A program made the translations under genes and the position numbers. Below are positions 43,545 to 52,274 of a stretch of DNA of 64,000 nt, piece after piece. This stretch comes from an uncultured beta proteobacterium (GTDB taxonomy: Bacteria > Pseudomonadota > Gammaproteobacteria > Burkholderiales > SG8-39): positions 69,135-133,134 of the forward strand of contig CAWHBL010000008.1 in the NCBI GenBank assembly GCA_963827555.1. The letters run 5' to 3'. The notes under the pieces are model-generated. The model made no database searches. It worked only from the letters and a program-made list of their open reading frames with translations, and was not told the origin of the DNA. How positions within the stretch are numbered: position 1 is the stretch's first letter; every line of letters begins with the position of its first letter.

Positions 43545-45767
43545 GTGAAGCAGTACGCCGTCCGGATCGCGCTTGGCCTCGCGGTCCTCGCCGCGTTCCT
43601 CGGCCACGCCGCGAAGTTCTACCGCATCCCGTTCGTCGACCAGCTCGACCGCATCATCTACGACACGCGGCTCCGCCTGACGATGCCGCGCGACCTCGAC
43701 GAGCGCATCGTCATCCTCGACATCGACGAGAAGAGTGTGGCGGCGCCCGAGCTCGGGCAGTGGCCGTGGAGCCGCGACGTCGTCGCCGGCCTGGTCGAGA
43801 AGCTGTTCGACAGGTACGGCGTCCTGATCCTCGGCTTCGACGTGGTGTTCGCCGAGCCCGACCGCTCGAGCGGGCTGCGCGTCCTCGACGGCCTGGCGAA
43901 GGGTCCGCTGAAGGACGTCCCCGACTTCCAGGCCGCGCTGGCGGAGCTGCGGCCGCGGCTCGACCACGACGCGCAGTTCGTGCGGACGATCAAGGGGCGG
44001 CCGGTGGTGCTCGGCTACTACCTTACGAGCGATCGCGACGCGCGCACGAGCGGGGTACTGCCGCCGCCGGTGCTCGCGCCCGGGACGTTCGCGAACCGGC
44101 CGATCGCGTTCACGTCGTGGACCGGGTACGGCGCCAATCTCGCCGACTTCCAGGCCGCGGCGGCGAGCACCGGGCATTTCAACCCGATCGCGGACGAGGA
44201 CGGGATCAACCGGCGGGTGCCGATGCTCGCCGAATACAAGGGCGCGTACTACGAGCCGCTGTCGCTCGCGGTGATGCGCACGCTGCTCGGGTTTCCCCCG
44301 GTGGAGCCCGGCTACCCGCCGGGGAGCGTGCTCAACCGCAACTATGCCGGCCTGGAGTGGCTCGACGTGGGGAAGCTGCGCATCCCGGTCGACGAGAACG
44401 CGTGCGCGCTCGTGCCCTATCGCGGCCCCAAGGGCAGCTTCCGCTACGTTTCGCTCGCCGACGTGTACCACGACCGGGTCCCGGTCGAGGCGCTCAAGGG
44501 CCGGATCGCGCTCGTGGGCACGACTGCGCCGGGGCTCTTCGACCTGCGCGCGACGCCGGTGGGGGCCGCGTATCCCGGCGTCGAGGTCCATGCCAACCTG
44601 ATCGCCGGCATGCTCGACGGCAACATCAAGGCAAGACCGGCCTACGTGCTCGGCGCGGAAGTCATCCTGCTGCTCGTCGGCGGCCTGACGCTCGCGATCT
44701 GGCTGCCGTTTCTCAGCCCGTTCCTCGCCACGGCAGTGTCCGTCGCCGCGCTCGTGCTGATCATCGGCCTCAGCACCAGCGTGTGGCTGCACGCCGACCT
44801 CGTCCTGCCGCTCGCCGCGAGCCTGCTGATGACGATCGGCCTCTTCGGGCTCAACATGTCGTACGGCTACTTCGTGGAAACCCGATCCAAGCGCGAGCTG
44901 ACCGAGCGCTTCGGCGAGTACGTGCCGCCCGAGCTGGTCGACGAGATGGCGCGCGATCCGGCGAAGTACAGCATGGAGGGCAGGGACGAGGTCCTCACGG
45001 TGCTCTTCACCGACATCCGCGCGTTCACCTCGATCGCCGAGGGCCTCGACCCGAAGGCGCTGTCGGCGTTCATGAACGAGTTTCTCACCGCGATGAGCCT
45101 CGTCATCCGCACTCGCCGCGGCACGCTCGACAAGTACGTCGGCGACCAGATCATGGCCTTCTGGGGCGCGCCGGTCGCCGACGGGCAGCACGCGCGCCAG
45201 GCGGTCAGCGCCGCGCTCGCGATGCAGGCCGAGCTCGTGCGGCTGAACGAGCGCTTCAGGGCGCGCGGCTGGCGCCCGATCGAGATCGGGGTCGGCGCCA
45301 ACACCGGCCCGATGCGCGTCGGCGACATGGGCTCGAAGCTGCGCAAGGCCTACACTGTGATGGGCGACGCGGTGAACCTCGCCTCCCGCCTGGAAGGGCT
45401 GACCAAACAGTACGGCGTCGGGATCCTCGTCGGCCAGGCGACGCGCGACGCCGCGGCGGACGTGGTGTTCCGCGAGGTCGACCGCGTGCGCGTGAAGGGC
45501 AAGGGCGAACCGGTGGCGGTCTATGAGCCGCTCGGGCTGGAGGCCGAGGTAGGCAAGGCGCGGGCCGAGGAGCTTAAGCTCTGGGCGCAGGCACTCAAGG
45601 CCTACCGCAGCCAGGCGTGGGAGCAGGCGGAACTTGTGCTCTTCAACCTGCAGCGGCTCTACCCCGGGGCGCCACTTTATTCCTTTTACGCTCAGCGGGT
45701 TGCGCGGTATCGTGCCGATCCTCCGCCGCCCGGATGGGACGGCGTGACGACGTTCGAGACGAAGTGA
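43545..45767 (+). CDS. CHASE2 sensor-domain transmembrane class III nucleotidyl (adenylate/guanylate) cyclase
   Basis: GTG start. CHASE2 hallmark IVILDIDEKSVAAPELGQWPWSRDV. TM cluster. Cyclase core LTVLFTDIRAFTS, LDKYVGDQIMAFWGAP, IGVGANTGPMRVGDMG, VMGDAVNLASRLE. Confidence 0.9.
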   Translation: MKQYAVRIALGLAVLAAFLGHAAKFYRIPFVDQLDRIIYDTRLRLTMPRDLDERIVILDIDEKSVAAPELGQWPWSRDVVAGLVEKLFDRYGVLILGFDVVFAEPDRSSGLRVLDGLAKGPLKDVPDFQAALAELRPRLDHDAQFVRTIKGRPVVLGYYLTSDRDARTSGVLPPPVLAPGTFANRPIAFTSWTGYGANLADFQAAAASTGHFNPIADEDGINRRVPMLAEYKGAYYEPLSLAVMRTLLGFPPVEPGYPPGSVLNRNYAGLEWLDVGKLRIPVDENACALVPYRGPKGSFRYVSLADVYHDRVPVEALKGRIALVGTTAPGLFDLRATPVGAAYPGVEVHANLIAGMLDGNIKARPAYVLGAEVILLLVGGLTLAIWLPFLSPFLATAVSVAALVLIIGLSTSVWLHADLVLPLAASLLMTIGLFGLNMSYGYFVETRSKRELTERFGEYVPPELVDEMARDPAKYSMEGRDEVLTVLFTDIRAFTSIAEGLDPKALSAFMNEFLTAMSLVIRTRRGTLDKYVGDQIMAFWGAPVADGQHARQAVSAALAMQAELVRLNERFRARGWRPIEIGVGANTGPMRVGDMGSKLRKAYTVMGDAVNLASRLEGLTKQYGVGILVGQATRDAAADVVFREVDRVRVKGKGEPVAVYEPLGLEAEVGKARAEELKLWAQALKAYRSQAWEQAELVLFNLQRLYPGAPLYSFYAQRVARYRADPPPPGWDGVTTFETK

Positions 45768-45827
45768 CTACCCGACACACCACCGGGCATTGCGACCGGG
45801 GCTGACCGGCCTCAGCTACCAAGAATC

Positions 45828-46598
45828 ATGCGGATCCGGGTCCTCGGCTGCAGCGGCGGGATCGGTGGGCGCCACCTGCGCACCACCTCGATGCTGCTCG
45901 ACCGCGACATCCTGATCGACGCCGGCACCGGCGTCTGCGACCTCACGCTCGCCGAGCTCACACCGATCGACCACGTGTTCCTCACCCACTCGCACCTCGA
46001 CCACGTCGCGGCGATCCCGTTCATGGTCGACACCGTCGGCCAGATGCGCGACGAGCCGCTGACCGTGCACGCGATCCCGGCGACGATCGAGATCCTGAAG
46101 AACCACGTCTTCAACTGGTCGATCTGGCCGGATTTCACCCAGATCCCGAGCGCCGACCGCCCGTTCCTGCGCTACGAGACGATCGAGCTCGGCGCGTCGG
46201 CGGACCTCGGCGGCGGGCGCACGATCACCGCGCTCCCGGCCAACCACGTGGTGCCCGCGATCGGCTACCAGCTCGACAGCGGGAAGGGCAGCCTCGTCTT
46301 CACCGGCGACACCACCACCAACGACGAGCTGTGGGCGATCGTCAACAAGATCGCGAACCTCAAGCATCTCATCATCGAGTGCGCGTTCTGCAATCGCGAG
46401 AAGCAGCTCGCGATCATGTCGAAGCACCTGTGCCCGAGCATGCTCGCCGAGGAGCTCGCCAAGCTCGAGCGGAGCTGCGACATCTTCATCACTCATCTCA
46501 AGCCGGGCGAGATCGAGCTGACGATGGAGGAGATCGAGGAGTACGCGGGCCAGTACCGGCCGCGGATGCTCCAGAACAACCAGGTCCTCGAGTTCTAG
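45828..46598 (+). CDS. Class II 3',5'-cyclic-nucleotide phosphodiesterase (metallo-beta-lactamase fold)
   Basis: MRIRVLGCSGG, LIDAGTG, FLTHSHLDH, FTGDT, ITHLKP. Confidence 0.85.
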   Translation: MRIRVLGCSGGIGGRHLRTTSMLLDRDILIDAGTGVCDLTLAELTPIDHVFLTHSHLDHVAAIPFMVDTVGQMRDEPLTVHAIPATIEILKNHVFNWSIWPDFTQIPSADRPFLRYETIELGASADLGGGRTITALPANHVVPAIGYQLDSGKGSLVFTGDTTTNDELWAIVNKIANLKHLIIECAFCNREKQLAIMSKHLCPSMLAEELAKLERSCDIFITHLKPGEIELTMEEIEEYAGQYRPRMLQNNQVLEF

Positions 46599-46607
46599 GC
46601 GCCGGCC

Positions 46608-47681
46608 ATGGCCACCGAAAACGTAAGCATCCGGATCCTCAAGGCACTCGAACCCCTCTCGGCCCTGTCGGAGCAGCGGCTCACCGAGCTCGGCGAGCTC
46701 TGCGTCGTCGAGCGCGTCAGCAAGACGCTCGACCCGTTCCGCGTGAAAGGGGTGGCCGGCCAGCTCGTCTTCCTGCTGAAGGGCGAGCTCGCGCTCATCC
46801 TCGGCAACGGCAGCTCCGAGGTGTTGGTGGGCACGACCTCCGAGGCGCGCCACCCGCTCGGGCGCAAGACCCCGTTCGCCTACGCCAAGGCGATCACCGA
46901 CATCGAGCTCGTCCGCATCGACGAGGACCTGCTCGACATCATGGTCACCTGGGACCAGCTCGCCGCCGCCGACAAGACCGGTGCGCGCGCGTCCGAGAGC
47001 GGCGTGCCGTCGATGGCGAACTGGGCGATCCTGTCCGGCGTGTTCAGCATCAACAACCTCAAGTCGGGCGCGTTCGCGCAGCTCCCGACCGCGCACATCA
47101 ACGAGATGCTCAAGCGCTTCCAGCGGGTCGGAGCGAAGCGCGGGCAGGTCGTGATCCGCGAGGGCGACGCCGGCGACTACTACTACGTGCTCGAGGCCGG
47201 CAAGTGCCTGGTCGAGCGCAACGTCGGCGGCGTGTCGATGAAGCTCGCCGAGCTGAAGGGCGGCGACGCCTTCGGCGAGGAGGCGCTGGTCGCGAACGCG
47301 AAGCGCAACGCCACGGTAACGATGCTCGCGGAAGGCTCGCTCTTCAGGCTGGCGAAAGAGGATTTCAACGAGCTCCTCAAGAAGCCGCTGCTCCAGAGCG
47401 TGACGATGGAGCAGGCGCGGGCGAAGGTCGCCGGCGGCGGGCAGTGGATCGACACGCGCTACCCGTCCGAGTACCAGTACGACAAGCTCCAGGGCGCGAT
47501 CAACATCCCGCTCTCGGAGGTCAGGAACGCGGTCAAGGTGCTCGACCGGAGCCGGGAGTACGTCCTCTACTGCCAGAGCGGCCGCCGCAGCTCCGCGGCC
47601 GCGTTTCTGCTCGCGCAGCGCGGCTTCCGGGCGTTCGTCCTGGAGGGCGGGCTGCGGGGCGGCGCGGCGGGCGCGGGCTGA
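46608..47681 (+). CDS. Two cyclic-nucleotide-binding domains (first degenerate, second canonical) fused to a C-terminal rhodanese domain
   Basis: The second CNB domain has the phosphate-binding cassette GDAFGEEALVANAKRNATV. Rhodanese part: WIDTRYPSEY...VLYCQSGRRSSAAA with an active-site-loop Cys. Confidence 0.85.
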   Translation: MATENVSIRILKALEPLSALSEQRLTELGELCVVERVSKTLDPFRVKGVAGQLVFLLKGELALILGNGSSEVLVGTTSEARHPLGRKTPFAYAKAITDIELVRIDEDLLDIMVTWDQLAAADKTGARASESGVPSMANWAILSGVFSINNLKSGAFAQLPTAHINEMLKRFQRVGAKRGQVVIREGDAGDYYYVLEAGKCLVERNVGGVSMKLAELKGGDAFGEEALVANAKRNATVTMLAEGSLFRLAKEDFNELLKKPLLQSVTMEQARAKVAGGGQWIDTRYPSEYQYDKLQGAINIPLSEVRNAVKVLDRSREYVLYCQSGRRSSAAAFLLAQRGFRAFVLEGGLRGGAAGAG

Positions 47682-47958
47682 CCGCCGCGGGCGGATTCCT
47701 CCCGGCCCGGGTCTTGCATACTCGGCCCGATGGCGGGCGCGAAGGGTGCGCTCCAGGGTTACGACAGCATGCTCGGGGGTCGTTGTTTCGCTTGAAAAAA
47801 GCCGCAAGGAGCGGTGCCGCGCGGTTGCCCGGGCGCCGGGCGGACGCTAAATTTCGTGTTTGCCTCTCCGGGCGCAGTGGCGGCCGGAGCGGCGTTTCGC
47901 CGTGCGCGCCCGCCGGCGCGGCGACGGTATCGACGGCCATCCGACAGGACGTGACGCT

Positions 47959-50323
47959 ATGAGCGCAGTGCTTAGCCCCCATTCCGCCGCCGCCGGCGAC
48001 GTCAACACCCGGCTCGCGTTCCAGAAGTCCCTGCAGACCGTCACGAACCGGATCCACGCCACCAGCAACGTCGACGAGATCATGCTGGAGGTGTCGAGCG
48101 AGATCTGCAGCCTGTTCAACGCCGACCGGCTCACGATCTACGTCACGGCCGAGGACAAGGCGTCGATCATCTCCAAGGTCAAGACCGGCCTCAACTCGTT
48201 TCGCGACCTGAAGCTCCCGCTCGCCGAGCACTCGCTCGCCGGCTACGCCGGGATGTCGCGGAAGATGATGAACCTCCGCGACGTCTACGACGACGCCGAG
48301 CTGAAGAGCCACAACGCCAACCTGCGCTTCCTGCAGGAGGTGGACAAGCGCACCGGCTACCGCACCAAGCAGATGCTGGTGGCGCCGATCCTCGACGCGC
48401 CCGCGGGCGACCTGCTCGGCGTGGTCCAGCTGATCAACAGCAAGGCCGGCGGGCCGTTCAGCCCGCTCGCCGAAGAGGGCATGGTCGAGCTGTGCAAGAC
48501 GCTCGCGATCGCGCTCAAGCAGCGCGCGAAGCTCGCGATGCCGAAGTCGAAGTACGACTTCCTCGTCGCCGACGCGGAGATCTCGGCCGCCGAGCTCGAG
48601 ACCGCCGCGCGCAACGCGCGCAAGAAGGCGATCGACATCGAGACGGTGCTGGTCGAGGAGTGCAACGTCAAGCCGGCCTCGATCGGCGAAGCGCTCGCCA
48701 AGTTCTTCGGCGTCAAGTACGAGCCGTCACAAGCCGGACCGCGTCAAGCCGATGGATCTGCTCAAGAACCTCAAGCGCGAGTACGTCGCCGAGCACCAGT
48801 GGTGCCCGCTCGAGGAGAACCCGCAGGGGCTGCTGGTGATGTGCCTCGACCCGGAGCGGGTCAAGGCGTCGAGGGTCGTCAACAACATCTTCCCGAAGGC
48901 GCGGATCAAGTACGTCGTCACCACGCTCAAGGAGTTCAAGGATACGCTCGACCCGTTCTTCGGCGCCGCCGCCGACCTCGGCGACATCGGCGACCTGCTC
49001 GAGGGCCTGACCCCCGAGGAGGAAGGCGACCCGAACGCGACCGACGACCTCTCGGCGGCGGCCGACAACGAGCTGGTGAAGCTCGTGAACAAGATCATCG
49101 TCGACGCCTACAACCAGGGCGCCTCCGACATCCACATCGAGTCCTACCCGGGCAAGGCGAAGACCGAGATCCGGTTCCGCCGGGACGGGACGCTCGCGCC
49201 CTACATCGAGGTGCCGGCCTCCTACCGGAGCGCCCTCTGCGCGCGCCTCAAGATCATGTGCGACCTCGACATCTCCGAGCGCCGCAAGCCGCAGGACGGC
49301 AAGATCAAGTTCAAGAAGTTCGGTCCGCTCGACATCGAGCTGCGCGTGGCCACGATCCCGGTGCAGGGCGGCGTCGAGGACATCGTGATGCGTATCCTCG
49401 CCGCCGGCGAGCCGATCCCGCTCGACAAGCTGGGTCTCACGCCGCACAACCTGCCGCGGCTGAAAGCGGTCATCGAGAACCCGTACGGGTTGTTCTTCTG
49501 CTGCGGGCCGACCGGCTCGGGCAAGACGACCACGCTCCACTCGGTGCTCGGCCACCTCAACACGCCCGACACCAAGATCTGGACCGCGGAGGACCCGGTC
49601 GAGATCACGCAGAAGGGCCTGCGCCAGGTGCAGATCAACCGCAAGGCGGGGATGGACTTCCCGACGATCATGAAGGCGTTCCTGCGCGCCGACCCGGACA
49701 TCATCATGGTCGGCGAGATGCGCGACAAGGAGACGACCTCGATCGGCATCGAGGCCTCGCTCACCGGCCACCTCGTGTTCGCCACCCTGCACACGAACAG
49801 CGCGCCGGAATCGATCGTCCGACTGCTCGACATGGGCATGGACCCGTTCAACTTCGCCGATGCGCTGGTCGGCATCCTGGCGCAGCGACTCGCGAAGCGC
49901 CTGTGCGGGAAGTGCAAGCAGCCGTACAACCCGGGACAGGACGAGATCAAGGGACTGCTCCAGGAGTACTGCCAGGAGCTGCTCCACACGCCCGAGTTCA
50001 AGAAGGACGCGAAGGCCGGGTTCGAGCGCGTGTACAAGGACCTCGTCAAGACCTACGGCGACGACAAGGGCCAGTTCACGTTCTACCGCAAGGCCGGCTG
50101 CGACGCGTGCGGCAACTCCGGCTACAAGGGCCGGCTCGGCCTGCACGAGCTGCTGGTCGGCACCGACGCGATCAAGAAGAACATCCAGGAGCACGCGCGG
50201 GTCGCCGAGATGCTCGCGACCGCGCTCGAGGAAGGCATGCGCACGCTGAAGATGGACGGCATCGAGAAGGTCATGCAGGGCGTCACCGACATGGCCCAGG
50301 TCCGCGCGGTTTGCATCAAATAG
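47959..50323 (+). CDS. GAF - T2SSE_N - GspE/PilB-family hexameric secretion ATPase (orphan), one frame change as read
   Basis: GAF: NVDEIMLEVSSEICSLFNADRLTIYV...TGYRTKQMLVAPI...GVVQLINS. The frame changes near 48727-48730 between FFGVKYEP and KPDRVKPMDLLKNLKREY. ATPase: Walker A GPTGSGKTTT, Walker B DPDIIMVGEMRD, His box TGHLVFATLHTN, tetra-Cys CGKC...CDACG. Confidence 0.88.
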
Positions 50324-50368
50324 CTGCGGTGGTGAGCGATGACGCGCAGCACAGAAGCTATCGTACGA

Positions 50369-50428
50369 ACAAGGGGAGACTCCCCTTGTATATCCCCCAT
50401 GCTGGAACAAGGGGCTCCGCCCCTTGTT
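50369..50428 (+). terminator. Two tandem, related stem-loops after the ATPase gene
   Basis: ACAAGGGGA-GAC-TCCCCTTGT at 50369-50389 and AACAAGGGGC-TCC-GCCCCTTGTT at 50406-50428. Both are perfect stems sharing the ACAAGGGG/CCCCTTGT arms. Confidence 0.55.
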
Positions 50429-50475
50429 GATCCCCGGACTGCCGGGTTCGATTGAACTGATCAGGTGACTTTTCC

Positions 50476-52183
50476 ATGAGCACGGTACCCAGCCTGGTCG
50501 CGGTCGGCCGCGAAGTCGAGCGCGGCGACGACGGAACGCCGGCCGACCTCTTCCGGCGGCTCGAGCAGCTGAACGAGATCGGCGCGGCGCTGTCGCTCGA
50601 GAGGAACCTCAACGCGCTGCTCGAGAAGATCCTGCTCGCGGTCAAGGCGATCACCCGCGCCGACGGCGGCACGCTGTACCTGGTCGAAGGCGAGGGCGCC
50701 GAGCAGGTGCTGCGGTTCGAGATCGTCCGCACCGCCTCGCTCGACGTCGCGATGGGCGGCACCACCGGCAACCCGATCCCGTTCTACCCGATCCACCTGT
50801 TCAAGAACGGCGACCCGAACACCTCCATGGTGGCGGCGTTCGCGGCGCTCACCGGCCAGACGGTGAACATCGCCGACGCCTACACCGAGGAGGGGTTCGA
50901 CTTCTCCGGCACGCGCGCGTTCGACGCCAAGACCGGCTACCGCTCGCAGTCGTTCCTGACCGTGCCGATGAAGAACCACGAGGCCGAGATCATCGGCGTC
51001 CTGCAGCTGATCAACTGCCAGGACCCGGACACCGGGGCGATCGCCCCGTTCTCGCCGTCGGATCAGCGGCTCGCCGAGTCGCTCGCCTCGCAGGCGGCGA
51101 TCGCGCTCACCAACCGCGCGCTGATCAACCAGCTCGAGCACCTGTTCGAGTCGTTCATCAACATGATCAACGAGGCGATCGACGAGAAATCGCCCTACAC
51201 CGGCGGCCACTGCCAGCGGGTGCCGACAGCTGACGATGATGCTCGCCGAGGCGGTGAACGACACGTTGGACGGCCCGCTGTCCGAGTTCACCATGACCGA
51301 GAAGGACCGCTACGAGCTCCGGATCGCGGGCCTGCTCCACGACTGCGGCAAGATCACCACCCCGGTCCACGTCGTCGACAAGGCGACCAAGCTCGAGACG
51401 ATCTTCGACCGCATCAACCTGATCGACACCCGGTTCGAAGTGCTCAAGCGCGACGCCGAGATCGACGCGCTCAACAAGAAACTCGAGCTCGCGCGCGGGG
51501 CGGGGGTGGACGAGATCACCCGGCGCGACCGCACCTACGCGATCGACGAGGAGCTGCGTGACACCGTGCGCCAGATCGAGGAGGACCGCAAGTTCCTCCG
51601 CCGCTGCAACATCGGCAGCGAGTCGATGTCGAAGGAGGAGCAGGACCGCGCCACCCAGATCGGGCTCGGCTACAAATGGCGCGACCCGATCGGCAACACC
51701 GCCGACTTCCTCACCGACGACGAGCTGAAGAACCTCACCATCTCGCGCGGTACCCTCACCCAGGAGGAGCGCGAGATCATCAACCACCACATCGTCTCGA
51801 CGATCAAGATGCTCGAGGCGCTGCCGTGGCCGAAGCACCTGCGCAACGTGCCGGAGTACGCCGGCGGCCACCACGAGCGCATGGACGGCAAGGGCTACCC
51901 GCGCGGGCTCACGCGCGACCAGATGTCGGTGCAGGCGCGGGTGATGGGCATCGCCGACATCTTCGAGGCGCTGACCGCCAAGGACCGTCCGTACAAGAAG
52001 GGCAAGACCCTGTCCGAGTCGCTGCACATCCTCGGGAAGTTCAAGCTGAACGGCCACATCGACCCGGACCTCTTCGACGTGTTCATCCGCCGGCGCGTCT
52101 ACCTCAAGTACGCGGAGCAGTTCCTCGACGCGGAGCAGATCGACCGCGTCGACGAGTCGAAGATCCCGGGGTACGTGCCGTAA
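50476..52183 (+). CDS. GAF - HD-GYP cyclic-dinucleotide phosphodiesterase-type protein, one frame change as read
   Basis: GAF: LNALLEKILLAVKAITRADGGTLYLV...TGYRSQSFLTVPM...GVLQLINC. The frame changes near 51226 between GGHCQRVP and QLTMMLAEAV. HD-GYP: AGLLHDCGKI ... GGHHERMDGKGYPRGL. Confidence 0.88.
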
Positions 52184-52274
52184 CCGCCGCTCGGCGCGCA
52201 CCGCCTCGCGATCGCCGCACGATGCCGTCCCAGGCGCCCGCTGACCTGCGCGCGCGACCGCCGGTCCTGCGCTG

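Noticed and set aside
43545-47681. Cyclase plus CNB-effector pair as a Pycsar/CBASS-like antiphage system
   Set aside because: The cyclase is a large CHASE2 membrane sensor. A dedicated phosphodiesterase is present. The CNB protein has no TIR, TM-pore or nuclease killing domain. The context is sensory signalling with no mobile-element or defence-island hallmarks.
47790-47830. Sigma-54 promoter upstream of the GAF-GspE ATPase (GGTGCC...TTGCC)
   Set aside because: The GG to GC spacing is 14 nt rather than the required 12, and the -24 element is poor.
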